DNA of 64,000 nt from Methanomassiliicoccales archaeon (GTDB lineage: Archaea; Thermoplasmatota; Thermoplasmata; Methanomassiliicoccales; JAAEEP01). The notes beneath the pieces are model-generated. The model had not been told where the DNA came from. It searched no databases and saw nothing but the letters and a program-made list of their open reading frames with translations. The stretch is taken from NCBI GenBank assembly GCA_035529155.1, contig DATKXF010000077.1, positions 9,131 through 73,130 on the forward strand, written 5' to 3'. Of this stretch, positions 9,448 through 18,157 are shown piece after piece. The number at the start of each line of letters is the position of its first letter. Positions within the stretch are counted from its first letter, which is position 1. The position numbers were made by a program, and so were the translations under genes.

Positions 9448-10566
9448 ATGGGATATGAAGACTTATTCCCTGGAATTGACGAAAAGTGGCATGGAAATGC
9501 TGCTAAGCGATTTGCAAGTCCCTTCGTCGACGTCCCTCATGATAGGATAGACGTCGATCCCATCATACTATCGCACGCGGCGGTAGCATGTGGTTATACG
9601 ATAAGGGATTTCTACGAGAAACCCGAGTTAGGCATACACTGCGTGGGGTATATCTCTCAGCTATACGATCTGCTGCCTGTTACCCACTGGTTCTTCTCCC
9701 TACCCTGGGTTACCGAACTGGGACTCACATTAGAGTATAAGGAGACTTTACCTCCGATACCTACTGGTCCCATCATCTCGGATCCAGGTGAGGTAGACAG
9801 CATTGAAGTCGTGGGAACAGAGGATCTGAAGAAGGGTTGGACCCTTCCAATGTTCTACAACATCTACGATTACGTAGCTAAGAACCTCCCCCAGACGCTT
9901 GTACCTATCTCCTACGGTTTCGACCTGGTCGGTGCGGCCGCAGAAATCTGCGGTGTTGAGAACTTCATCATGTGGACGTTCACCGATCCTGAACAAGCGG
10001 AGAAGCTGGTGAAGACCTATACGGACACCTCAGTGAATGGTGCCATTGGACTGGCGGAGAGGTACGGAATGGCGATGTTGATCATCGGTTCCGTTCTCGC
10101 CAACAACGACATCTTCTCTGATGAGTACGTGGAGAAGTACTCTGCGAACTACATGAGGTACTACGTGGACAAGTGCTTCAGAGGCGGAGCTGGACCACAG
10201 CTGTTCTACCACCTCTGCGGAAACCACCAGACCGACTACAAGGTCTTCAAGGACAAGCTCATCTGGTCGCCCTTCACAGTATTCCACGTTGGATACAAGG
10301 GCAAGGATGTGTTCCCCTCAGATTTCCTGAGAGAGGAGTTCGGCAAATACTGTACAATCATGGGGTCAGTTGACACCAAGATTATGATCAATCCGAACCC
10401 GAAAGCAGTCTACGAGCAGTCAAAGGCACAGATTATCGGTGGCCGCGACTCTCCCAAGGGCTACATCCTTGGCAACGCTTGCGAATGCCCGCCCTACACC
10501 ATACCTGGTAACCTCTTGGCGATGGTCAAGGCCGCCCGAGATGTCGGGACCTATGGTACGTGGTGA
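9448..10566 (+). CDS. uroporphyrinogen-decarboxylase-family (MtaA/CmuA-like) methyltransferase
   Basis: 372 aa. 'DRIDVDPIILSHAAVACGYTIRDFYEKPE' N-terminal pattern. Candidate Zn ligands H-x-C ('YHLCGNH') and a distal Cys ('NACECPP'), as in MT2-type methylcobamide:CoM methyltransferases. Confidence 0.65.
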   Translation: MGYEDLFPGIDEKWHGNAAKRFASPFVDVPHDRIDVDPIILSHAAVACGYTIRDFYEKPELGIHCVGYISQLYDLLPVTHWFFSLPWVTELGLTLEYKETLPPIPTGPIISDPGEVDSIEVVGTEDLKKGWTLPMFYNIYDYVAKNLPQTLVPISYGFDLVGAAAEICGVENFIMWTFTDPEQAEKLVKTYTDTSVNGAIGLAERYGMAMLIIGSVLANNDIFSDEYVEKYSANYMRYYVDKCFRGGAGPQLFYHLCGNHQTDYKVFKDKLIWSPFTVFHVGYKGKDVFPSDFLREEFGKYCTIMGSVDTKIMINPNPKAVYEQSKAQIIGGRDSPKGYILGNACECPPYTIPGNLLAMVKAARDVGTYGTW

Positions 10567-10570
10567 TAAC

Positions 10571-11080
10571 ATGGGATGGTTTAGCAAGAAGAAGGAAACG
10601 AAGGCGCCAGAGAAAGGGGTTGGAAAGATGAACGTCATCATCCCGGACGACATAAAGGAGAAGATTGCGCAAAGGGGAATCAAGCCGGAGGATGTAACGG
10701 CAATCATTGAAACGGCAGAAGCTACCAAGAGGAAGCTCGCCTCCAAGGATGGATCTCGATACATCGCCAAGAAGATAGTCGGCGAGGTCACAGTATATGC
10801 TGACTACAGCATGACTGGGGGCAGTGCAACCTTGAACTCCGCCTACTCCCACAGGATGGCGATGGGCAAGGTCATGAACGCAACCCATGATTCGGATTGG
10901 ACCTGTGCGGACTGTGGAGGCATAGCTAAACAGGGCCATGTTCAGATGACCTACATGACCGTGGAAAGACTAGGTCCCGCGATCATTTGCCCACACTGCA
11001 CCGATGCTTGGGCTGAAGAATATCTTGCAGCCCTAACTCTCGCAGCAGTTGAGGGACTCTTCGAAAAGAAGAGAGCCTGA
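10571..11080 (+). CDS. small zinc-ribbon protein of unknown function, translationally adjacent to the methyltransferase
   Basis: The ATG at 10571 lies 5 nt after the upstream stop. 'WTCADCGG...ICPHCTD' gives a CxxC...CxxC ribbon. The part of the track ORF 5' of 10571 overlaps the methyltransferase out of frame. Confidence 0.5.
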   Translation: MGWFSKKKETKAPEKGVGKMNVIIPDDIKEKIAQRGIKPEDVTAIIETAEATKRKLASKDGSRYIAKKIVGEVTVYADYSMTGGSATLNSAYSHRMAMGKVMNATHDSDWTCADCGGIAKQGHVQMTYMTVERLGPAIICPHCTDAWAEEYLAALTLAAVEGLFEKKRA

Positions 11081-11087
11081 TAGCCCA

Positions 11088-11128
11088 ATGGCCGCTTATG
11101 CGGCCATCCCCACTTTTTTCTTTTTTTT
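11088..11128 (+). terminator. hairpin plus T-tract terminator
   Basis: Perfect 8-bp stem ATGGCCGC-ttat-GCGGCCAT (11088-11107), followed by TTTTTTcTTTTTTTT (11114-11128). Confidence 0.55.
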
Positions 11129-11210
11129 CAATATATTATAGAATTCTACGTACAGAATCTGACATAATTTAAATATAGTCTCTAGAATGCTTTTCAATGG
11201 GGAAGTTGTC

Positions 11211-11561
11211 ATGGCCTACTGCCCAAAGTGTGGGGAGAGTCTAGATGAGGGTTGGGAGTACTGTTCGTCCTGTGGACATCAGCTCCCTTTAAAGTGCCCT
11301 CATTGCCAGGCTGAGCTTTCCCCCGGCTCAAGGTTCTGCTCCAAGTGCCGCAATCCGGTGAGCACGCCCGACTCGTTCGAAACCTCGCCTCCTTTAGAGA
11401 CTTACCAGGAAAGCAAGAGGGACGACATGTGGATCCTTCTCATTCTGGGCGTCATCTTCATTATTGTTGGATTGATCGTGGGAATATGCTTCTTCGTGGG
11501 AATAATCATGATAGTGGTGTACGTCATCATCGAGTTCTCGAGGAAACCCACTAAGAAATAA
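11211..11561 (+). CDS. double zinc-ribbon membrane protein
   Basis: 'MAYCPKCGESL...CSSCGHQL...CPHCQAEL...CSKCRNPV' gives four CxxC pairs. C-terminal hydrophobic helix 'WILLILGVIFIIVGLIVGICFFVGIIMIVVYVII'. Confidence 0.6.
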   Translation: MAYCPKCGESLDEGWEYCSSCGHQLPLKCPHCQAELSPGSRFCSKCRNPVSTPDSFETSPPLETYQESKRDDMWILLILGVIFIIVGLIVGICFFVGIIMIVVYVIIEFSRKPTKK

Positions 11562-11566
11562 TTAGA

Positions 11567-11638
11567 TGCGGCCGCCGGGATTTGAACCCGGGTTTGAGGC
11601 TTGGGAAGCCTCAGTCCTAACCACTAGACTACGGCCGC
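11567..11638 (-). tRNA. tRNA-Gly (anticodon CCC)
   Basis: The reverse complement GCGGCCGTAGTCTAGTGGTTAGGACTGAGGCTTCCCAAGCCTCAAACCCGGGTTCAAATCCCGGCGGCCGCA folds as a cloverleaf. It has a 7-bp acceptor, anticodon loop TTCCCAA and T-loop GGTTCAAATCC. CCA is not encoded. Confidence 0.9.
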
Positions 11639-11718
11639 TTCTGCTCTAGATTCACGAGCTCAATCTTAATCCTTTTTACCAAGCCACTTGGCTATAAGTC
11701 TCTGTGAAAATAGCAGAA

Positions 11719-11973
11719 TCAGCGAACCGTCTCCAATTGGCTGATGATGTTCCATATGAGCGTGCGACCATGCAGAGGTATGTTGGGATCATTCGCCAGC
11801 TCATCAAGGATGAATATTGCGCTTGCTGCCCGAACATCAAGTGCTTCATTCTCCTGTAGTATCCTATCCTTTGCCTCTGTGGCACCCCTACGAATGTTCC
11901 TGGGGACCGACGTGTCCTCAGCGAGCTGGTCCAAGACCTCTATGATCTGCTTGAGCTTAACTTCTGTTTCCAT
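11719..11973 (-). CDS. UPF0147-family small conserved archaeal protein
   Basis: 84 aa. 'LDQLAEDTSVPRNIRRGA...LANDPNIPLHGRTLIWNIISQLE' resembles the UPF0147 family. Recognised from memory. Confidence 0.55.
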   Translation of the reverse strand: METEVKLKQIIEVLDQLAEDTSVPRNIRRGATEAKDRILQENEALDVRAASAIFILDELANDPNIPLHGRTLIWNIISQLETVR

Positions 11974-12003
11974 ATTACCACCTCCAATCGATGGTATCCT
12001 CGA

Positions 12004-12351
12004 TTATTCATTCTCCTCATTATCCATGGGTTCGAACCGCTTTTCACCCCTCTCCTTGAAGGTAGCCACCACCATCAGGGTCTTAATGTCCTTTATTCCC
12101 TGGATGTTTGAGATCTTCGTGATGAGGAACTTCTTCAGCTGATCATAGGTCTGGAACTTGACCTTGGCAATAATATCCGTATCCCCCGTCACTAGGAAGA
12201 CGTCCTCCACCACCTGATACTCTGAAACCTTCTCGGCAATGGTATCCACCTCTTTGGTATCCACCTTGAGAGTAACGATCGCAGAAACTGCATCGTCCCC
12301 ATAGTACGTGGACATAACTGAATCGTATTCCGATTTGTTTTGAGTCTGCAT
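12004..12351 (-). CDS. stand-alone Lrp/AsnC ligand-binding (RAM) domain protein
   Basis: 'AIVTLKVD...VSEYQVVEDVFLVTGDTDIIAKVKFQTYDQLKKFL..KISNIQGIKDIKTLMV' is an AsnC_trans_reg-type pattern. Start placed at the internal Met, which follows a GGGAGGGG SD. Confidence 0.6.
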   Translation of the reverse strand: MQTQNKSEYDSVMSTYYGDDAVSAIVTLKVDTKEVDTIAEKVSEYQVVEDVFLVTGDTDIIAKVKFQTYDQLKKFLITKISNIQGIKDIKTLMVVATFKERGEKRFEPMDNEENE

Positions 12352-12443
12352 GCCAACCCCTCCCTTGACTTCGCGCGGTAGCAAGAGGTAGTTCAAGATG
12401 CAATTGGTCAAAGAAGCTTTAACCCACGGGGTTTGGAAGCCAT

Positions 12444-12611
12444 TTAGATAGCAGTCTCGAATTCCTCTTGGAGGTCCATTATCACTTGTTCCAGGACCTC
12501 TTCCAGGCTTGCGCTTCGGTATTCTCTGAGGCCCCCAAGGTCGCTTTGAACTCTTGCGATATAGGAGGCATTATCTTTCAGGAACTCAACATTGCAAAGC
12601 GTCTCTTCCAT
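12444..12611 (-). CDS. possible 55-aa small ORF (HicB/UPF0150-like tail), below the track cutoff
   Basis: Hand translation: MEETLCNVEFLKDNASYIARVQSDLGGLREYRSASLEEVLEQVIMDLQEEFETAI. GGTGA lies 6 nt upstream of the ATG and an AT-rich promoter-like region lies upstream. Confidence 0.3.
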   Translation of the reverse strand: MEETLCNVEFLKDNASYIARVQSDLGGLREYRSASLEEVLEQVIMDLQEEFETAI

Positions 12612-12784
12612 CTTCCTTCACCTCTAGCCAACATTCCGCGAGAGTTGACGATATTCGGGGGATGCCCGATTTCATATTTAATGATTTTTCTTCACAGACC
12701 ATAATATTCAAAGTTGATTAGAAAACGACGTCGAGTAATCCGTATATATATTAACCCATAATCTCAGGAAGATTGGGTTGGTCA

Positions 12785-13927
12785 TCATCTACTGAACATT
12801 TGGCGAGCAATCACCATCCTTTGAACATCGGAAGTTCCCTCATAGATCTCGGTTATCTTCGCATCCCTGTACAACTTCTCCACCCTGGATCCCTTCAGAT
12901 ACCCCCTTCCTCCTAGGATGGTGAGTGCTTTGCCGCTCACATTTATGGCAGCCTGAGATGCAAGTAACTTGGCCATTGCCGGATCCGAGGGAGACGCTGA
13001 TCCATTACCCGTCCGCCAGGCCGCCCTCATGACCATCGACCTGGCCGCCTCTATCTCAGTTCCCATATCCGCTAGTCGGAACTGAATGGCTTGAAAATCA
13101 GACAAGGGCTTTCCGAATTGTTCTCTCCTCGAGGCGTAATCGAGGGCATCTTCCAGAGCCGCCTCAGCTATCCCAAGAGCCTGGGCGGCTATGCCCAATC
13201 TGCCCATATTGAGGGACCAAAGCGCGATCTTGAACCCCTCCCCCTCGTTGCCCAGCATGTTCCGGATCGAGACTTTCAGATCCTTCATTTGAAAGGACAT
13301 CTGCTGGGATCCCCTCATCCCCATACCTTCCAGGACATCCTCCGTGACAAGGGCATCGTCGGGGGCTCTCACCAGGAAAGCGCTGATCCCCTTCGCCCCC
13401 TTATCAGGAGAGGTTTTTGCGAAGACCAGGATGACCGAACTCTTGCCCATGTTGGTTATGAACATCTTGTGACCGTTGAGTATGTATGAATCGTCCTCCC
13501 GACTTGCGGTGGTCGACAGCGCCCCCGCGTCCGTACCGGCACCCGGTTCGGTCAGGGCGAAAGATCCCAACCACTCTCCTCTGGCAAGCTTGGGAAGGTA
13601 TTCCTTCTTCTGTTCTTCGCTGCCAAACTGAACGATGGGGGAACATACCAGGGAATTATTCACGGATATGGTGAGAGCGACCGAGGGGGACGCCCTGGAT
13701 ATCTCCTCAATAGCCAGCATATACGATATGAGGTCTTTTCCCATCCCACCATATTCTTCGGGGGTGATGATGCCCATCAAACCCATCGCCCCTGCCTTGG
13801 TTATGACATCATCTGGAAACAGATCCTTCTCATCAATTTCCCGCGCAACCGGTAATATCTGCTCTTCCGAGAAGAGTCTCACCTCATCTCTAAAAATCCG
13901 ATGCCCTTCGGTCAGATCGAGGTCCAT
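12785..13927 (-). CDS. acyl-CoA dehydrogenase
   Basis: 'GSFALTEPGAGTDAGAL', 'KMFITN' and 'GGRGYLKGSRVEKLYRDAKITEIYEGTSDVQ' are ACAD hallmarks. Start placed at the internal Met (MDLDLTEGH). Confidence 0.9.
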   Translation of the reverse strand: MDLDLTEGHRIFRDEVRLFSEEQILPVAREIDEKDLFPDDVITKAGAMGLMGIITPEEYGGMGKDLISYMLAIEEISRASPSVALTISVNNSLVCSPIVQFGSEEQKKEYLPKLARGEWLGSFALTEPGAGTDAGALSTTASREDDSYILNGHKMFITNMGKSSVILVFAKTSPDKGAKGISAFLVRAPDDALVTEDVLEGMGMRGSQQMSFQMKDLKVSIRNMLGNEGEGFKIALWSLNMGRLGIAAQALGIAEAALEDALDYASRREQFGKPLSDFQAIQFRLADMGTEIEAARSMVMRAAWRTGNGSASPSDPAMAKLLASQAAINVSGKALTILGGRGYLKGSRVEKLYRDAKITEIYEGTSDVQRMVIARQMFSR

Positions 13928-13979
13928 TAGTACACCAAGACCGACAGTGACCGCAGGAATAGATAAACTCTGTGGGGCC

Positions 13980-14444
13980 TCATTCCCCGGAATCCACATC
14001 CAGAATCATGAACAGGGCATCCTCTGGTCCGCATCTGCCCTTGCTGTAATAGTCCTTTAGCATCCCCTTTATCTTGAACCCCTCGCTCAGGTAGAGATTG
14101 ATGGCTTGAACATTGGATATCCGCACCTCCAGGACGATCTTGTCTCCTTTACCTTCCCTTACATGTCTTTTCACCACATCCATAAGGGATCTTCCCACTC
14201 CCAGATTCCTACTTTCTGGGATCACTGCTATCGAGATGAGTCTGGCGCTGCCCCTGTCCTGATTCATTATTGAAATGTATCCCAATACCTCATCATCTTC
14301 CTCCGCTACCCAGGTATGGAATATTTCCTCGGTCAGTAGTACCATCAGGACTCCCCTCTCGAACCGGTTGGACTCGAAGCTTGCCATCTCCACCTCATCT
14401 ATTCCCCCGAGATCGGCAGGTCCGGCCTTCCTGATGAGTACCAT
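13980..14444 (-). CDS. rimI: GNAT-family N-acetyltransferase (RimI-like)
   Basis: 'LISIAVIPESRNLGVGRSLM' matches the acetyl-CoA binding motif (Q/RxxGxG/A). Length is 154 aa. Confidence 0.7.
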   Translation of the reverse strand: MVLIRKAGPADLGGIDEVEMASFESNRFERGVLMVLLTEEIFHTWVAEEDDEVLGYISIMNQDRGSARLISIAVIPESRNLGVGRSLMDVVKRHVREGKGDKIVLEVRISNVQAINLYLSEGFKIKGMLKDYYSKGRCGPEDALFMILDVDSGE

Positions 14445-14540
14445 ATTTCAGGATATCCGGCCCGCGCTATATCTTACTGCCTTCAAATTGGAAGATTGCC
14501 GGTTTTGGGGCCGGGAGAACCGAAAGGAAAAGATATTAGA

Positions 14541-15854
14541 ATGTTGATGATGAGCGCGATGTCCGGTCCAGTTAGGATTTCGGAATTGGTCGATCATGAA
14601 CCGGGTACTGAAGCCACCGTTAGGGGATGGATATTCAGGACCAGGAGCAGTGGCAAGATCACCTTTATCACCCTCCGAGATCAGACCGGCATAATTCAGA
14701 TAACGATCAAGAAGGGCGGTCTTCCAGATGATGAGTTCGAGGCAGCTAGGGCCGCTTCCATAGAATCCTCGGCGATCATCAAAGGCATCATGTCCGTAGA
14801 TGAAAGGGCCCCAGGCGGAAAGGAGATGCGTGCATCCTCCTTCAGAACGGTGGGAACGGCGCTTCCTTTCCCCATCACCGAGTACCAGAGTGAGGAGCTA
14901 CTCCTGGACAACAGACACCTCTGGGTGAGATCCAGGGAGCAGAACGCCATAATGAAGGTCAAGGCGAGCATCCTAGAGGGTGCAAGGGAGTGGCTGAAGG
15001 AGAACGATTTCGTAGAGGTCACCCCCCCCATATTCACTACCAATGCTTGTGAGGGAGGGACCACTCTTTTCAAACTTGACTACTTCGGCAGGGATGCTTA
15101 TCTCAGCCAGAGTGCTCAGATGTATCTCGAGGCTCTCTGCTTCTCACTGGGGAGGGTTTACTCACTCACCCCTTCATTCCGGGCGGAGAAATCCCGGACT
15201 CCCAGACATCTTGCGGAGTACTGGCATCTGGAGCTTGAAGAGGCTTGGGTTGACAACGAGGGCAACATGGAGATCCAGGAACAGCTCGTCATGGCCATGC
15301 TTGAGAAGGTGTTGCAGGATCGGAGAGATGAGCTACAGCTCCTCGGGAGGGATGTCGAGCCCCTCGAAGCCGTCGAATCTCCTTTCAAGAGGGTCACCTA
15401 CTCCCAGGCGGTGGAAAGTCTAAGAGGGAATGGAATGGACATCTGCCATGGTGATGACCTGGGCACTCTCGAAGAAAGAGCCCTTACCCAAGGGAAGAGG
15501 CAACCGGTCTTCATCACCTCCTTCCCCAAGAAGTGCAAGGCGTTCTACATGAAGGAGGATCCAGACGATTCCTCCCTTTACAAGTGTGCCGATCTCCTGG
15601 CTCCGGATGGATACGGCGAGATCATAGGAGGAAGCGAGAGGGAGACCGATCACGATTTGCTAGTGAGGAGGATGCAGGAGGAAGACATCCTCATAGAGCC
15701 TTATCAGTGGTATCTGGATCTGAGAAAGTACGGGTCGGTCCCGCATTCCGGCTTCGGTCTGGGTGTGGAAAGGGCGGTACGCTGGATCTGCGGGCTGGAG
15801 CACATTCGTGATGCCATTCCATTCCCCAGGACCATCACCAGGGTCTATCCTTGA
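14541..15854 (+). CDS. asnS: class IIb aminoacyl-tRNA synthetase, most likely asparagine--tRNA ligase (AspRS not excluded)
   Basis: OB-fold N-terminus 'VRGWIFRTRSSGKITFITLRD'. Motif 2 'FRAEKSRTPRHLAEYWHLELE'. Motif 3 'GFGLGVERAVRWI'. Start codon is ambiguous (14496 TTG, 14541 or 14559 ATG). Confidence 0.7.
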   Translation: MLMMSAMSGPVRISELVDHEPGTEATVRGWIFRTRSSGKITFITLRDQTGIIQITIKKGGLPDDEFEAARAASIESSAIIKGIMSVDERAPGGKEMRASSFRTVGTALPFPITEYQSEELLLDNRHLWVRSREQNAIMKVKASILEGAREWLKENDFVEVTPPIFTTNACEGGTTLFKLDYFGRDAYLSQSAQMYLEALCFSLGRVYSLTPSFRAEKSRTPRHLAEYWHLELEEAWVDNEGNMEIQEQLVMAMLEKVLQDRRDELQLLGRDVEPLEAVESPFKRVTYSQAVESLRGNGMDICHGDDLGTLEERALTQGKRQPVFITSFPKKCKAFYMKEDPDDSSLYKCADLLAPDGYGEIIGGSERETDHDLLVRRMQEEDILIEPYQWYLDLRKYGSVPHSGFGLGVERAVRWICGLEHIRDAIPFPRTITRVYP

Positions 15855-16903
15855 GATGAGAACCTGGCAATGTGGATGACGAAGTCGCGGTACCTCTTCA
15901 GATCGACCTTGCTCACCCACTCGTCAACGATGTGGCAGGTACCTGGCTTTCCCGGTCCGCATATGACGATCTCCTGGTTGTGAACAGAGAACCTTGATGC
16001 CTCCGTGGCGAAGGCAGCGGAGTACATTTCGGTATCCAGGAGATCAATTGCCTCCCTTATCAAGCTCGATGATTCCGGGGCTTCGAACGAGTCAAGCTCC
16101 GCGATCGTCTCGATTTTGTAGTCCTGGTCAGCAAGCCTCTCTTCTATTGATGTTCTGACCAATTCAACCGATTCCCAGGGCGGGAACCTAATATCGATCT
16201 CTGCCCTGCAACTCTCCGGGATCACGTTGTTCTTTGTTCCCCCATCCATGGTGGTGACCGAGGCGGTTCGCTCTTCAGTGAACTCTTCGGGAGATTCCAA
16301 CATGTCACCCAGTCTTGAGATAATGCGGTGCATCTTCATGATGGCGTTCTCGCCAAGCCAGGGCTGGCTTGAGTGTCCCGCTCTTCCCTTGGTGGTTATC
16401 CTGAACCTATAGACCCCCTTCTCCCGGGCAACGATCTTCATGCCTGTGGGCTCCCCAATAAGGATCCCCCTGGCCTTTTTCAAGACATCGAGATCACTCA
16501 GCTCCAAGGCTCCGATCATTCCTTCTTCCTCATCGGTCGTCAGAAAGATCGAGAACGGAACACCCTTCCTCACCAGGGTCTCGGCCGCATCCAGGTTGGC
16601 GGCTACCGCTCCCTTCATATCAGAAGTCCCTCTCCCGAAGATCCTATCGCCCTGGATCTCCCCTTGTCCCCTGGACCAACCCTCTCCCACCGGAACGGTA
16701 TCCAGGTGTCCGGAGAGTATGATCCCTCCTTCGCCGAACGATGCCCACAAGGCAGGAGTATCCTCCGGACCGGTGATCGAGGCCTGCAATCCAAGTTCCT
16801 TCAATCTTTGCACGGCATAGTCAATGATCGAGCCCTTGTTCGACTGATTGTCGCTTCCTATCTCCATCAGTTCCAGCAGGGTATCGACTAGATTGTCCCT
16901 CAT
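15845..16903 (-). CDS. M20-family metallopeptidase (ArgE/DapE-like deacylase)
   Basis: 'LSGHLDTVPVG', 'GRGTSDMKG' and 'TTDEEEG' are metal-binding motifs of the M20 family. Confidence 0.75.
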   Translation of the reverse strand: MRDNLVDTLLELMEIGSDNQSNKGSIIDYAVQRLKELGLQASITGPEDTPALWASFGEGGIILSGHLDTVPVGEGWSRGQGEIQGDRIFGRGTSDMKGAVAANLDAAETLVRKGVPFSIFLTTDEEEGMIGALELSDLDVLKKARGILIGEPTGMKIVAREKGVYRFRITTKGRAGHSSQPWLGENAIMKMHRIISRLGDMLESPEEFTEERTASVTTMDGGTKNNVIPESCRAEIDIRFPPWESVELVRTSIEERLADQDYKIETIAELDSFEAPESSSLIREAIDLLDTEMYSAAFATEASRFSVHNQEIVICGPGKPGTCHIVDEWVSKVDLKRYRDFVIHIARFSSQG

Positions 16904-16987
16904 ATCTCTCCACCCTCAAATCTCAAATCCAAATTGGAAACGCCGACGGCCGATAATAGGCTCGAGCGCCCACTAATTAGTTTGTAC

Positions 16988-18157
16988 TCATAACATGATG
17001 CTCTCTAGCCTCTCTCTGAGAATCTTCGAAGGGATGTCAGGAAGCGATATGTATGTGGTCCTCCCGCCCGAGGCATCTCCCGTGACCTTGGTTTCTATCA
17101 GACCCTGGTTGGAGAGGTCCTTGAGGTAGGACCAGAACTGCGTGTGCCCCCGAGCCTTCTCACCGAACTCCTCGGCCGCGATGTGGTAGTTCTCCTCGAC
17201 CTCCCCAGTGGTAACATATGCGCGGTCCTTCATGGTTCGGGCTATGGCCAGCAGGACCACCTTTCTCTGAGTATCTAGCTCTTCTATCCTGGATTCCGTG
17301 ACCACACTGTAGGTCAGGGCCTTGGCCGCCCTTACGTGCTCGGGGTTGACCAGATCGACTCCTTCCTCCTCCGCCAGCATGCCCGCTTTTTCCAGAAGTT
17401 CTATGGCGAAACGCGCGTCTCCCCATTCAGAGGCAATATCCGCTATCAGGTCCATGGAATCCTCCCTCACAGTATCCTGGAAGAAGGCTAGCTCCACCCT
17501 GTCCGAGATTATGTCCTTGAGCTCATCGCTGTTGTAGCGATCGAAACTGATGGTGTTGGCCCTCCTGAAGGTCGATAGGGATGCCGGATCTAGCATGTCG
17601 AGCACGTATCTCTGGGACACAAGTATGAGTGAGATGGATCCTTTTCCCCCCACGGTCTCTTCGTCGAACCTCGAGAGGTTGTAAATCAGATCTCCAGATC
17701 CTTTCTTGAGCAGGACATCGGCCTCGTCCAGGACAACTATCAGATGGAGCCTCTTCTTGTTCACATGTCTCCTGATTGCCCTGAGCATCTCGGCGGATGA
17801 GAAGCCCCTGTCAGGGTATCCCTCGTCGAAGTGGGTGACCAGACGAAGCAGCACGGCGTTCTCCGAGTTCCGCTGCCGACAGTTCACCACCAGAAAATCA
17901 ACAGCCCCTCCCCGCTTCCGGTATTCATCGGCGAAGTCGATGCAGAATCGCTTGGACATCGCTGTCTTTCCGGTCCCGACGTTGCCGATGAGGAAGGCCG
18001 TCTGGGAGGCTCCGCCCTCGAGCACTGGCCTGAACAGCATCCACAGTCTCTCCCACTGTCCCTCTCGGTGGACAAGCCTCTCGGGAACGTAATCGAACGA
18101 GAGCTTTGACAGGTCCATGAACAATCTGGATTTCTGGCCGGGGTATTCGTTCATCAA
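16988..18157 (-). CDS. cdc6: Orc1/Cdc6 replication initiator
   Basis: Walker A 'GNVGTGKTA', Walker B 'VVLDEAD', and a C-terminal winged-helix region. The start overlaps the upstream gene's stop by 4 nt. Confidence 0.9.
   Translation of the reverse strand: MMNEYPGQKSRLFMDLSKLSFDYVPERLVHREGQWERLWMLFRPVLEGGASQTAFLIGNVGTGKTAMSKRFCIDFADEYRKRGGAVDFLVVNCRQRNSENAVLLRLVTHFDEGYPDRGFSSAEMLRAIRRHVNKKRLHLIVVLDEADVLLKKGSGDLIYNLSRFDEETVGGKGSISLILVSQRYVLDMLDPASLSTFRRANTISFDRYNSDELKDIISDRVELAFFQDTVREDSMDLIADIASEWGDARFAIELLEKAGMLAEEEGVDLVNPEHVRAAKALTYSVVTESRIEELDTQRKVVLLAIARTMKDRAYVTTGEVEENYHIAAEEFGEKARGHTQFWSYLKDLSNQGLIETKVTGDASGGRTTYISLPDIPSKILRERLESIML

Noticed and set aside
9448-10566. Possibility of pyrrolysine (in-frame TAG) decoding in the methyltransferase region or elsewhere
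   Set aside because: The URO-D-type gene has no in-frame TAG, and no MtmB/MtbB/MttB-type gene is present. TAG is used as an ordinary stop for several well-defined genes (ends at 3006, 29068, 33790, 34502, 50171 and 59822). Nothing here indicates amber reassignment.
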